Source: an uncultured Candidatus Saccharibacteria bacterium (lineage in GTDB: Bacteria > Patescibacteriota > Saccharimonadia > Saccharimonadales > AWTP1-31). Taken from it: 64,000 nt of DNA. Every line of letters starts with the position of its first letter. The first letter of the stretch is position 1. Below the pieces are notes generated by a model. That model was not told the origin of the DNA and did not search any database. It was given only the letters and a program-made list of their open reading frames with translations. The stretch is from the NCBI GenBank assembly GCA_964530555.1, contig CAZHBD010000002.1, positions 1,036-65,035 on the forward strand, given 5' to 3'. Of this stretch, positions 28,735 through 37,089 are shown piece after piece. The translations under genes and the position numbers were made by a program.

Positions 28735-30102
28735 ATGACAGATCAAGCTACGCCCCCCGAAGATCAACAGCCAACCCCTGAGCCGTCAGAGGCAATGAGC
28801 ACTCGCCGGTCGTCATTTGTAACGCGCGAAGATGAACTGCTTCAAGACGCTAGCAAAGGAGTTGCCGATGAGCCATCTTCTACCCCCGTGCAAGCTAAAG
28901 CCAGCAAGGCCAATAGAAGTGTTAAGAAGCCGCTCATAGCACTGCTTATCGTAGCTGTACTCGCTGGCGGAGGCTTTGCTGGCTGGAAAATACTGACCAA
29001 AAAAAGCAATCAAACCACAAGCTCTTCAACTGGCATTCAAACACCCAATGTTCAATCGCAAACCGCCAACCAATTGGTGCCCGCCAACGTAGCTTACGCC
29101 TACCGTGCCTCAAGCGGAGACGCTTACACTGCTTACCTAAGACCAGCTGCCGGCGGGGACCGAAGCGAGTCGTTAGTTGGCTTTAGTAAGCTCGAGCCTA
29201 ACGCCAGTGATGTGCGTGGAACGAGCGTGGCATTTGCTACGGATGACGCTATATTCGCCAGTGGTGATGGCGGTAAAAGCTATAAAAAGATCAAAGAGCT
29301 CAAAGCTGGCGAACAGGTAACAAGTTTACGTTTATCAACTGATGGAACTGCAATTGCCTATGCATTCCTATCAGAAGTAGGTGGCAAAAATACAGCCAAA
29401 AGCATGGATTTACAGGGCAAAGACCTAGGCGAATTATTTAGTAGTGACAAAGCTGGCATTTTTATCTACCAATGGAACAAAAACTCACAAAAAATCTTTT
29501 ACGGCGAGGGGTGCTATAACTGTGACGGCAACACGCCTGGTGACATTGTGCGTGACTTAAAAACCAGTAAGACTAGCAATCCAGTTACCAAAGGGCAGAA
29601 GCTGAATCTCGAAACTCAGCCAGCTATTTCTGATGATTTTTCAACCATAGTCTATGTCGAGGGTCAGCCAGTGTCCACTAGCAACGATGCTGGCTTGGGT
29701 GACTTCGCCGATCCACCCTACAAAGTTACGGTGCTTGATGTAAAAAGCGGGGAGGCTAAAACTGTTGCTACCATTGGACAGAAAGATGCCAAAAACCCGA
29801 ATGGCACTAAGAAAGATTGGACAATACAGACTGGTTTTGTGGCTGGCTCCGCTACACCATATTATGCTGCCGAAGGCACACTCTATAAAATAACGAATGG
29901 TACGACTGAGTCACTGCTGCCCACTGGGCAGAACATCAGAGATGTTTACTTTGTAGGCGACAAAGTGGCTATCCTCTCAACGGCAAAAGACTCAACCTCA
30001 TCAGACTTTGACTTGCAGACTTTTAATATCTCAACCACCAAAAACACATTGATTCTGCAAGGCGATGCAAATACGAGCATTTTTGGAGTAGTTACCAAAT
30101 AG
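28735..30102 (+). CDS. membrane-anchored extracellular protein, beta-propeller-like (TolB/WD40-like) repeats
   Basis: N-terminal cytoplasmic stretch plus TM (LIALLIVAVLAGGGFAGW). Repeated short beta-strand motifs. No catalytic motif. Confidence 0.45.
   Translation: MTDQATPPEDQQPTPEPSEAMSTRRSSFVTREDELLQDASKGVADEPSSTPVQAKASKANRSVKKPLIALLIVAVLAGGGFAGWKILTKKSNQTTSSSTGIQTPNVQSQTANQLVPANVAYAYRASSGDAYTAYLRPAAGGDRSESLVGFSKLEPNASDVRGTSVAFATDDAIFASGDGGKSYKKIKELKAGEQVTSLRLSTDGTAIAYAFLSEVGGKNTAKSMDLQGKDLGELFSSDKAGIFIYQWNKNSQKIFYGEGCYNCDGNTPGDIVRDLKTSKTSNPVTKGQKLNLETQPAISDDFSTIVYVEGQPVSTSNDAGLGDFADPPYKVTVLDVKSGEAKTVATIGQKDAKNPNGTKKDWTIQTGFVAGSATPYYAAEGTLYKITNGTTESLLPTGQNIRDVYFVGDKVAILSTAKDSTSSDFDLQTFNISTTKNTLILQGDANTSIFGVVTK
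30023..30095 (+). repeat. 73-bp perfect direct repeat, copy 1 (3' end of the 28735..30102 CDS)
   Basis: Identical to 30953..31025. Confidence 0.9.
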
Positions 30103-30151
30103 GTCGTCAGCAGCTTTATCTCTCCTACACAAAAGGAGCTTAAGAGAGATG

Positions 30152-30844
30152 CTATTTAACTGACGACAAGACCTTGTTAAGAGTATCTGGATATGGGTTG
30201 CTTGTCGTATTGTATGCGTATGCTTGCTCCAAAGTATAGACTTGATCATTTTTAAACAGGAATGCTATTGACTTGCTGTTATGAGATTCACCTGAATTTG
30301 TATTAAATCTAACCCCTGCATATGAACCAATGCGGAAGTACGATAGCTTTACGTCCGTGTCGAACATACCGTTCGTCACCTTGGTCTTCATGTCCTCAAC
30401 GAGATTCTTGCCAGATGTACAGCCTCTTTCTACGTACACGGTAAGCCTGGACCCCTCCGAAATCTCTTTGCGTCCAAGTTCCTGGTTGGTTGTTTCGTTA
30501 AAATCGGGGCTCAAGTGGGTCTTACTATTCGCCGTCATATCGGATACTGCCCAGCCACTAGGTGGGGTATAAGACATGTCGAGCTTTGCGGCAGATAGGT
30601 TGGCTGCTTCCGTCGTTCCGCATTTTGGCGCGTTAAACTTTTGGCTTTCTAGGCTTTTCTCGCTTACTTCAGTCAATGTTGATACAGTTGTCGACGATGA
30701 AGGCTGTTGCTTACTGACTTGTGTTTTGTTTGCTGAGTTACTTTTACTCCAGACTGCGTAGCCTGCAACACCTACGACCAGCACAACTAGTAAAACGATT
30801 AGATATTCTAAAACTGTAAATCCTTCTTGATATTTTTTAGACAT
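30152..30844 (-). CDS. type IV pilin-like protein (prepilin-type N-terminal cleavage/methylation motif)
   Basis: Start trimmed to MSKKYQEG|FTVLEYLIVLLVV, which has the G|FTxxE class III signal. A GGGGGG RBS is upstream. Confidence 0.6.
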   Translation of the reverse strand: MSKKYQEGFTVLEYLIVLLVVLVVGVAGYAVWSKSNSANKTQVSKQQPSSSTTVSTLTEVSEKSLESQKFNAPKCGTTEAANLSAAKLDMSYTPPSGWAVSDMTANSKTHLSPDFNETTNQELGRKEISEGSRLTVYVERGCTSGKNLVEDMKTKVTNGMFDTDVKLSYFRIGSYAGVRFNTNSGESHNSKSIAFLFKNDQVYTLEQAYAYNTTSNPYPDTLNKVLSSVK

Positions 30845-30952
30845 ATTACCCCCCTGTTGCTTAAGCTTAAGTGTACACAGGGCAATATTGTAGGTCAATA
30901 TTTTTGATAAAAGCCTACAATCGATGGTCTGAGTAATGAGGCTGTCCAGTTA

Positions 30953-31025
30953 TTAATATCTCAACCACCAAAAACACATTGATTCTGCAAGGCGATGCAA
31001 ATACGAGCATTTTTGGAGTAGTTAC
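30953..31025 (+). repeat. 73-bp perfect direct repeat, copy 2 (non-coding relic of the upstream gene's 3' end, retains an in-frame stop)
   Basis: Identical to 30023..30095. Confidence 0.9.
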
Positions 31026-31049
31026 AAATTAGTTTCGTTTGCTTTAGAG

Positions 31050-31337
31050 TTAGTTAGGATGGACGTGCTTGTCCTCGAAAGTTATCTGTGTACTTGAGTA
31101 GGTGGCAATTGCTAACCCGGGAGTACTGAGAAGTTCGAAAGTTGTAAATCCCCTTGTTTGGACAAGCCCGGCTCTTTCGATGGCGTTCAATATTGATGCG
31201 TGGTACGTCTTATCACCTAGGACAACGGTGACGTATCTTAAATCTTCGCCTTCCGCTGGTTCTGGTGTCACGGTCGCTTCTATAGTTGGATCTGATGCTA
31301 GTGCATCTACGAGTAACTTATAGCCTTCTGGGTTCAT
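31050..31337 (-). CDS. hypothetical small protein
   Basis: 95 aa with no recognisable motif. Confidence 0.35.
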   Translation of the reverse strand: MNPEGYKLLVDALASDPTIEATVTPEPAEGEDLRYVTVVLGDKTYHASILNAIERAGLVQTRGFTTFELLSTPGLAIATYSSTQITFEDKHVHPN

Positions 31338-31393
31338 TGGTTTTCCTCTGAATTGGCCAGCCGCGTTTACGCAGCTGGGGTATTTTGCCCGTT

Positions 31394-31468
31394 TGGTGCG
31401 GGTGGGGGGAATCGAACCCCCGTCCTGAGTTTGGAAAACTCATATACTAGCCGTTGTACGACACCCGC
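31394..31468 (-). tRNA. tRNA-Gly (anticodon TCC)
   Basis: Acceptor GCGGGTG/CACCCGC, anticodon loop TTTCCAA, T-loop GGTTCGATTCC and an encoded CCA. A GGTATAAT -10 box lies 12 nt upstream. Confidence 0.85.
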
Positions 31469-31577
31469 AAACAATTCATTATACCATCTATAACCCCTGT
31501 TATGAACAGCTTGCTAAACTGTTTTACAACATATTTTTGCGCCTCCAGCGAAACGGTAATGGTATACTTGACGCTAG

Positions 31578-32804
31578 ATGAGGAGGTATGTTTGGAGACG
31601 GGTGGTGCCTCGCCGGCGCTTTTATTTGGAGGCATTGCCGGGCATTGTTTTGTCGGTTATGAGTGTTGGCGCAGTTAGTGCTTCGGTCGCCACGCAGCCA
31701 CTTGATTTTCATCCTGATAGTGCCACTCGCCAGGGTGTTGCTTATACAGATGATGGAGTGAATGGAGGCAAAGCTTTGGCAAAAAAGACCGATAAACCAG
31801 ACAAGACCGCTGTTCAGAATTCATTGGCAGATCCAACGAACCCTACCGAGCTGGTACAACTTGGTACGCCACTAATTAATACAGTGGACAGCTTGGTGCC
31901 ACGACAAATGTGGTTTATTTCGACACCTACTTCTGCATCTAATGCGAAAGCTTTAGCACAAGATGCAGCAACTCAGTTGGCTGCTCTGTCGCGTGCCGGG
32001 GTCCAATCGTTAGCGGTTATGGAGCCAACCGTGCTGGACGGGGGAATTGTCGATTTCAACACGTATCGTTCAGGAGGCTATGATGGTGCGCTGAGCACGT
32101 TTTATAGCGAACTGAAGCTTCGTGGGATTACTGACCAGGCAATGGGAATGTGGGTCATTATGCCCGAAGCGAACATGCCTGAATGGGGGCAGTCAGATCC
32201 GAGCGTCATTTCGGCGTGTATAGCTAAAACCGCCCAGCTGCAAAAGCAAACATTCCCTAAAAGCTTAGTCTCGGTTATGTTGAATAGCCAAACCTACCCA
32301 GGCAATGATACGAGCTATAGTCATGGGGAGTACAAAAGCCTCAGCTCTTATGTGCAGTCGGTGCCAAAGGGATTGATTGATAGTTTCGGGTACCAGGGTT
32401 TTCCGTGGATGCCGCCAGCAAATCAACCCGGACCGAGCGACCTTGACGCGGCCAATTATTTACGAACAAGTCTGGCTGCAGAAGGTGCGCGTGCTGCCGG
32501 TACTTTGTCGATCTGGTTCAATACCGGCACTTTTCGAAAAAGCTACACCAATAATTCTGCAAAAACGGTGACAATGAGCAGTGACAAGCGAGCGCAAATT
32601 TTGCAGTCGGTTTTAGGGCAGGCCAAACAGCTGAAAGATCAGGGCTTTAATGTGGCGGTTAATATTTTTGCTGGTGATAAGTCAGGCTCCGCCGAAGCGA
32701 TCGACTGGTCTTACTTGGCGGGCAGTGATCTGCAAACCTATAACTCATTTTCTGGGCAACTCCTAGCCGCAGGAATTGGCAGCTGGAAGTATACGGGCAA
32801 CTAA
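31578..32804 (+). CDS. membrane-anchored extracellular protein, possible TIM-barrel glycoside-hydrolase-like
   Basis: N-terminal TM anchor. No definitive catalytic motif. The functional call is tentative and the start is uncertain. Confidence 0.4.
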   Translation: MRRYVWRRVVPRRRFYLEALPGIVLSVMSVGAVSASVATQPLDFHPDSATRQGVAYTDDGVNGGKALAKKTDKPDKTAVQNSLADPTNPTELVQLGTPLINTVDSLVPRQMWFISTPTSASNAKALAQDAATQLAALSRAGVQSLAVMEPTVLDGGIVDFNTYRSGGYDGALSTFYSELKLRGITDQAMGMWVIMPEANMPEWGQSDPSVISACIAKTAQLQKQTFPKSLVSVMLNSQTYPGNDTSYSHGEYKSLSSYVQSVPKGLIDSFGYQGFPWMPPANQPGPSDLDAANYLRTSLAAEGARAAGTLSIWFNTGTFRKSYTNNSAKTVTMSSDKRAQILQSVLGQAKQLKDQGFNVAVNIFAGDKSGSAEAIDWSYLAGSDLQTYNSFSGQLLAAGIGSWKYTGN

Positions 32805-32818
32805 GCTTAATAATTTTT

Positions 32819-34519
32819 CTAAAGTTGCGGAACAATTTCGTTCAAGGCAGCTTGTACGGTCTTGGCAGTAATGCCGCTTGTCTTAGCGTAGCTGAGTTCA
32901 GCTTCTAGGTCACTCGGCATTGTGTTGTATTCGCCAGCGGCTGGGTCAGTATCAACCTGATGATATACCAGTACCAGCCAGGTTTTGGTGGCTAGCGCTT
33001 GGTCAATCCAAGACTTAACTTGCGCGACGGTTGTGGTGTTTTCAACATTTTGCACTTTGATATCGTAGATGTCGAAGGCATCTTTGCTGTTGAAGCCAGG
33101 CTCGACTCCGCGATGTGAGCGGTAGCCTGCTGATTTTATCGCGTTCAGCACGGTCGAGTTGTAGGCGCCATATGGGGAAGCAAAGTTATTGATGGTCGTC
33201 CCAGTAAGAGTTGTTAGCCTGGACTTAGAGTTAACTAGCTCGTTGCGCAGTTTAGTTGCTCCAAGCGTGGTTAGGTCTGGGTGTGATACGGTATGTGATC
33301 CAATTTCATGACCTGCTTTTTTAAATGCCTTGACCTGTGCGTTGGTCATATACTCAGGTTCGTCAGGATCGTTAAGAAACCCTGAAACAATGTATTGGGT
33401 TGACGGGATACCATACTGCTTCATTAGGGGCAAGCCGTTGGTGTAAATACTTGTCCAGCCATCATCAAAGGTAAAGCTAACCAATCCGCGATTAAAGCCA
33501 GTGGGTATATAGGTCGCTAGACTATAATCATCTGTAATCAGGTAACCGACCGAATGCAATACATGGAATGCGCTCACAAAAGCAGCATCTGAAGGCAAGC
33601 TAACAGCACTAGCAAACTTAGTCCAGGTTGTTGAAGCAACCGGCGCCCCAAGTGAAATATACTGCGTTGACCCATCAGTCTTAGCGATTGCTAGAAAGAC
33701 TTCGGTGTCAACGTTCGACTGGTACCAGTCAACAAACTGATACTGCTGGCCAGGTACCACCGCTTGGGACGAGAATACCCACTTTGCATCGCCACTCGTA
33801 TAGCTGGTAGTTTGTACTTTGACGCTTCGTGAGCCTGTATGGCCGGTTGATAAATAGCTAAATGTAGTGCTATTGGTGCCCCATTTGCCCGTAGCCCAGC
33901 TGGCGGGTTGAGTGCCACTGGCTGTTTCGAGGGAGGAATTCGGCACTATATTACCTGTGGTGACAGGTGGATCAACGGTGTAAGCGCCCAGGACAGCATC
34001 ATCTAATTTGAGCGTGCCAACACTGCTAATAAAGTGAAACACGGTCAGCTGGCTGGTATTGCCAGGTGTATTAAAGGTAACGCTAGCTTGATTCCAGTCG
34101 CTACTGGCGGCCACATCAGCTAGCCACTGGTAGCTAGTGTTGCCACTGGTATCAGTTAGTTGGGCCACCAACTGACTGTTAGTGTCTGCTTTGTAGAAGT
34201 CGCTGTAAGTGTAGGCTGCGCTTGGCGATACGTTGACTGGATCAAAGTACCACTTGGCATCACCGTCGTTATAGCTGGTAATGCTTGTTTGCAAGCTGAA
34301 ACTGCCACTATGCGCATCGCTCGAGGCGCTCATAGTGCGAGTATTTGTTCCCCAACCACCTGACAGCCAGTTATTTGGCTGACCAGCCGTCACGCTCTCA
34401 GCGGATGGATTAGCAATGAGGTTGCTACCAATCGCCGCATTCGCGGGTGTGGCGGCAGCAACAATCGACACAAATGTCAGGAGTCCGACGGCAATAAGGC
34501 ATAAAAATCTTCGTATCAT
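32819..34519 (-). CDS. secreted polysaccharide deacetylase (NodB/CE4 domain) with two N-terminal carbohydrate-binding-module-like repeats
   Basis: Signal peptide. Two ~150-aa internal repeats (…GDAKW(Y/V)F…). The C-terminal NodB motifs are FTFDDG and HTVSHP. Confidence 0.75.
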   Translation of the reverse strand: MIRRFLCLIAVGLLTFVSIVAAATPANAAIGSNLIANPSAESVTAGQPNNWLSGGWGTNTRTMSASSDAHSGSFSLQTSITSYNDGDAKWYFDPVNVSPSAAYTYSDFYKADTNSQLVAQLTDTSGNTSYQWLADVAASSDWNQASVTFNTPGNTSQLTVFHFISSVGTLKLDDAVLGAYTVDPPVTTGNIVPNSSLETASGTQPASWATGKWGTNSTTFSYLSTGHTGSRSVKVQTTSYTSGDAKWVFSSQAVVPGQQYQFVDWYQSNVDTEVFLAIAKTDGSTQYISLGAPVASTTWTKFASAVSLPSDAAFVSAFHVLHSVGYLITDDYSLATYIPTGFNRGLVSFTFDDGWTSIYTNGLPLMKQYGIPSTQYIVSGFLNDPDEPEYMTNAQVKAFKKAGHEIGSHTVSHPDLTTLGATKLRNELVNSKSRLTTLTGTTINNFASPYGAYNSTVLNAIKSAGYRSHRGVEPGFNSKDAFDIYDIKVQNVENTTTVAQVKSWIDQALATKTWLVLVYHQVDTDPAAGEYNTMPSDLEAELSYAKTSGITAKTVQAALNEIVPQL

Positions 34520-34720
34520 ATGTTTCTTTCGCCCACCGTCCTAGATGATGAAAATAATATCCTTTTTTTATGCCAAAGTCAAGGGAGTACAGGGTAAGCA
34601 TAAGCATATTATAAAATATGCTTTACAACTACGCACGAAAGTACTAAAATAAGACTCGTTATCAAAATGCATTGTGGGGTCTGGTGGGAGCCTGGTGCAA
34701 TGAATAACTAAGGAGTCACT

Positions 34721-34897
34721 ATGTACGGAGGCCCTAAAGTATTAGCCCTTCCTGCAACTGGCGCAGCAATTTTCATGCCTCGCACCGGTGCATTCAAGCC
34801 ATTATTTTTCATGGCTGTTGCAATGGCGGCTTTTGGCATCATCAGCCTAGCTGCTAGCGGTGCATTCGCACTGAAGCGCCGCATGGGCCGCAACTAA
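34721..34897 (+). CDS. 58-aa peptide consisting essentially of an LPATG sortase sorting signal (LPATG + hydrophobic segment + KRRMGRN tail)
   Basis: A strong AAGGAG RBS lies 7 nt upstream. The gene has its own terminator and lies 58 nt upstream of a sortase gene. There is no N-terminal signal peptide. It is below the 60-aa cutoff of the ORF track. Confidence 0.45.
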   Translation: MYGGPKVLALPATGAAIFMPRTGAFKPLFFMAVAMAAFGIISLAASGAFALKRRMGRN

Positions 34898-34912
34898 GGT
34901 TGCGCTCAAGGT

Positions 34913-34940
34913 AAAACAGCCCGTATTCCGGGCTGTTTTT
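34913..34940 (+). terminator. rho-independent terminator (ACAGCCCG-TATTC-CGGGCTGT + TTTTT)
   Basis: A perfect 8-bp GC-rich stem followed by a T-run. Confidence 0.7.
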
Positions 34941-34954
34941 GCTCTGAAAGACTT

Positions 34955-35563
34955 ATGAAACGCTTACACACTTGGACGAAATTAGGACTTGCTAGCTTAG
35001 TTTTGGGGCTTGCAGGTTTGAGCCCAGTTGCCTATTACCGCTGGGTAGCCCCCTTGAACCAGCCGCCGGTTCCAACAGTCGTAGCGCCTATAGACCAGCA
35101 GTTAGCTGTCGTATCTCCATCTGAACGTGTCATCAAAGGCACGCCAACTCATCTGGATATCCCAAGCCTAAATATGTCGCTGGCAGTGGCAGAAGGTTCC
35201 TTCAATCATGCAACAGGTCAGTGGACACTATCGCTTAATAAAGCACATTTCGCCGATATTACTGCCCCAGCCAATACTAAGATGGGTAATACGCTCATCT
35301 ACGGGCACTATCGTCCCGAAGTTTTTGCAAGCTTGCATCGGATTGCTGCCAACAGTGAAGCAATTGTTACTACAGACAATGGCTATCGTTTTTTCTATAA
35401 GTTGCAGGCAGTTCACGAAACCTCACCGAGTGACACGAGTATGTTTGCATACAACGGACCGCCTCAATTAACGTTGCAAACCTGCTCCGGTGCCTTTTTT
35501 CAAAATCGACAGTTATTTACCTTTACTTTTGAACGCTACGAAACAGCTAACCAAAAGGCTTAG
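34955..35563 (+). CDS. sortase (transpeptidase)
   Basis: N-terminal TM anchor, conserved His (LIYGHYR) and the TLxTC motif (LTLQTCSG). Confidence 0.7.
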   Translation: MKRLHTWTKLGLASLVLGLAGLSPVAYYRWVAPLNQPPVPTVVAPIDQQLAVVSPSERVIKGTPTHLDIPSLNMSLAVAEGSFNHATGQWTLSLNKAHFADITAPANTKMGNTLIYGHYRPEVFASLHRIAANSEAIVTTDNGYRFFYKLQAVHETSPSDTSMFAYNGPPQLTLQTCSGAFFQNRQLFTFTFERYETANQKA

Positions 35564-35886
35564 TGCGAGAACGTTCGAGTTAGACCGTACAAACGATAGG
35601 CTAGGTAGCTTACAAGCGTTGCAAGCGGAATGCTGAGCGCAACTGCGCGGCGAATACGTTGTTTTAGGTTCTGGTGTTGTCTGGCGCGTTTACGCCGCAA
35701 AGCTTTGCGTTCAGCTTGTTTGCGTTGCAGCTCTTCTGCCGCATTCTGTAGGTGAGCCAGCCATTGCCTTTGGTGTTGAGCCCAGTTGTCGATATTTTTT
35801 GCTGTGGCTGAATAGTGTACGACTTTTACAGGGCGGTGGGTGGTCTGTCGTACAACTGGGTTGCGAACGGCCTTTCGGGGCCTCAT
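35560..35886 (-). CDS. hypothetical highly basic protein with C-terminal TM helix
   Basis: Arg/Lys-rich (RKALRRKRARQHQ) with a hydrophobic C-terminus. Confidence 0.35.
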   Translation of the reverse strand: MRPRKAVRNPVVRQTTHRPVKVVHYSATAKNIDNWAQHQRQWLAHLQNAAEELQRKQAERKALRRKRARQHQNLKQRIRRAVALSIPLATLVSYLAYRLYGLTRTFSH

Positions 35887-36992
35887 TGCGCAACGTCCTT
35901 GAGTGCATTTTGGTCAAGGGCGTAGCGTCGACCTTTTACACTCCAGCCGACAATATCGCCACGATACTTATGCATGATTACTACCTCAACATAGGCAATA
36001 ACAAAAATCCCCAGTTCAATCCATCGCAGAAAGTAAAAGTAGGGCAGTGACTTGAGTACGGAAGCTCGCTTGATAGCAATGGCAGAGAAGATGGCTAGGA
36101 TCACGACTATCAGATAATCGCCCAATAGGACCGCCGGAAGGATAAACCATTTGTGCGTAACGATCATAACAAATGGCACAAAGACAAGCATCTGAATGAG
36201 GTAGTACAGCGCTTCGAACATCTGGTACCCCAAGCTCAGATCGATCCGCTTGAAGCGCCGGCCCACCTTATATTTGGTTACCCCCTGAAAGAAACCGCGC
36301 TGCCAACGAAGGTTTTGTTTGCAGAAGTCTCGCAAGGTCTGAGGGTCCTGTGTATAGTTAACGGCCTCGGGAATGAAACGAATCTTTCCTAATCGTTTGC
36401 GGTGCACCTGTAAGGTGATATCGAAGTCTTCAGTCAAACCTTTGGAGGTTAGGTCAAGGTCTTTGATAATATCAGTCTTAAAGCATGTAATCGGCCCCGG
36501 GAAAACCGAGATCATTCCCAGAAATGATTGAATACGGCGTAGCAAGTGTTGCCCGTAGGTGTAACAAAACGCTCGATAGTTGCTAATCCAATTCCCCCGC
36601 AGGCTTTGCACAAAACCAACAGCCACCGCATATTTCTTAGCGTTTAGCTTTCGTTTATAGAGTTTGAAGTAATCTGGGCAGAATACACTATCTGCATCAG
36701 CTACGTGCAGCCACACATATTTTTCTGGGAACTTAAAGTGCTGAATAGCTTTGTGAATAGCAAGGCCTTTGCCGCTATGCTCCACGGTCAAAACCTGATT
36801 TTTCCCTAGGGCCTTGCGGGCAATTTTGCGTGTGTTATCTGATGAAGCGTCATCAACGACAAAGATATCTTGCTTATCGAGCCCGGCGGCCATTGCCGAT
36901 TTGATAGTAGCAGCAATAATCAGCTCTTCGTCATGAGCAGGCAATAGCAGGGCTAATTTGCGGCGCTTAGCCGTCGGAATGCGTTTCATCAA
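35883..36992 (-). CDS. family 2 glycosyltransferase (membrane-associated, synthase-like)
   Basis: GT-A fold with DDASSD and DxD-like motifs, a QxxRW-like motif (RWQRGF) and C-terminal TM helices. Confidence 0.75.
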   Translation of the reverse strand: MMKRIPTAKRRKLALLLPAHDEELIIAATIKSAMAAGLDKQDIFVVDDASSDNTRKIARKALGKNQVLTVEHSGKGLAIHKAIQHFKFPEKYVWLHVADADSVFCPDYFKLYKRKLNAKKYAVAVGFVQSLRGNWISNYRAFCYTYGQHLLRRIQSFLGMISVFPGPITCFKTDIIKDLDLTSKGLTEDFDITLQVHRKRLGKIRFIPEAVNYTQDPQTLRDFCKQNLRWQRGFFQGVTKYKVGRRFKRIDLSLGYQMFEALYYLIQMLVFVPFVMIVTHKWFILPAVLLGDYLIVVILAIFSAIAIKRASVLKSLPYFYFLRWIELGIFVIAYVEVVIMHKYRGDIVGWSVKGRRYALDQNALKDVAQ

Positions 36993-37089
36993 TCACCTCT
37001 GTAAATAGGATACTCATTTTATCATAAAAAAGCCATCAATGCAAGCAACATACTTTGGTGCTACTTCTACAATTACAAGCGACTAGGGC

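Noticed and set aside
30023..31025. Possibility that the 73-bp repeats are a CRISPR array
   Set aside because: There are only two copies 930 bp apart, no regular spacer periodicity and no cas genes. Copy 1 is coding sequence.
34708..34893. 61-aa minus-strand ORF overlapping the small LPATG gene
   Set aside because: It has no RBS. The plus-strand overlapping ORF has AAGGAG at ideal spacing, a textbook sorting signal and its own terminator. The minus ORF is treated as an antisense artefact.
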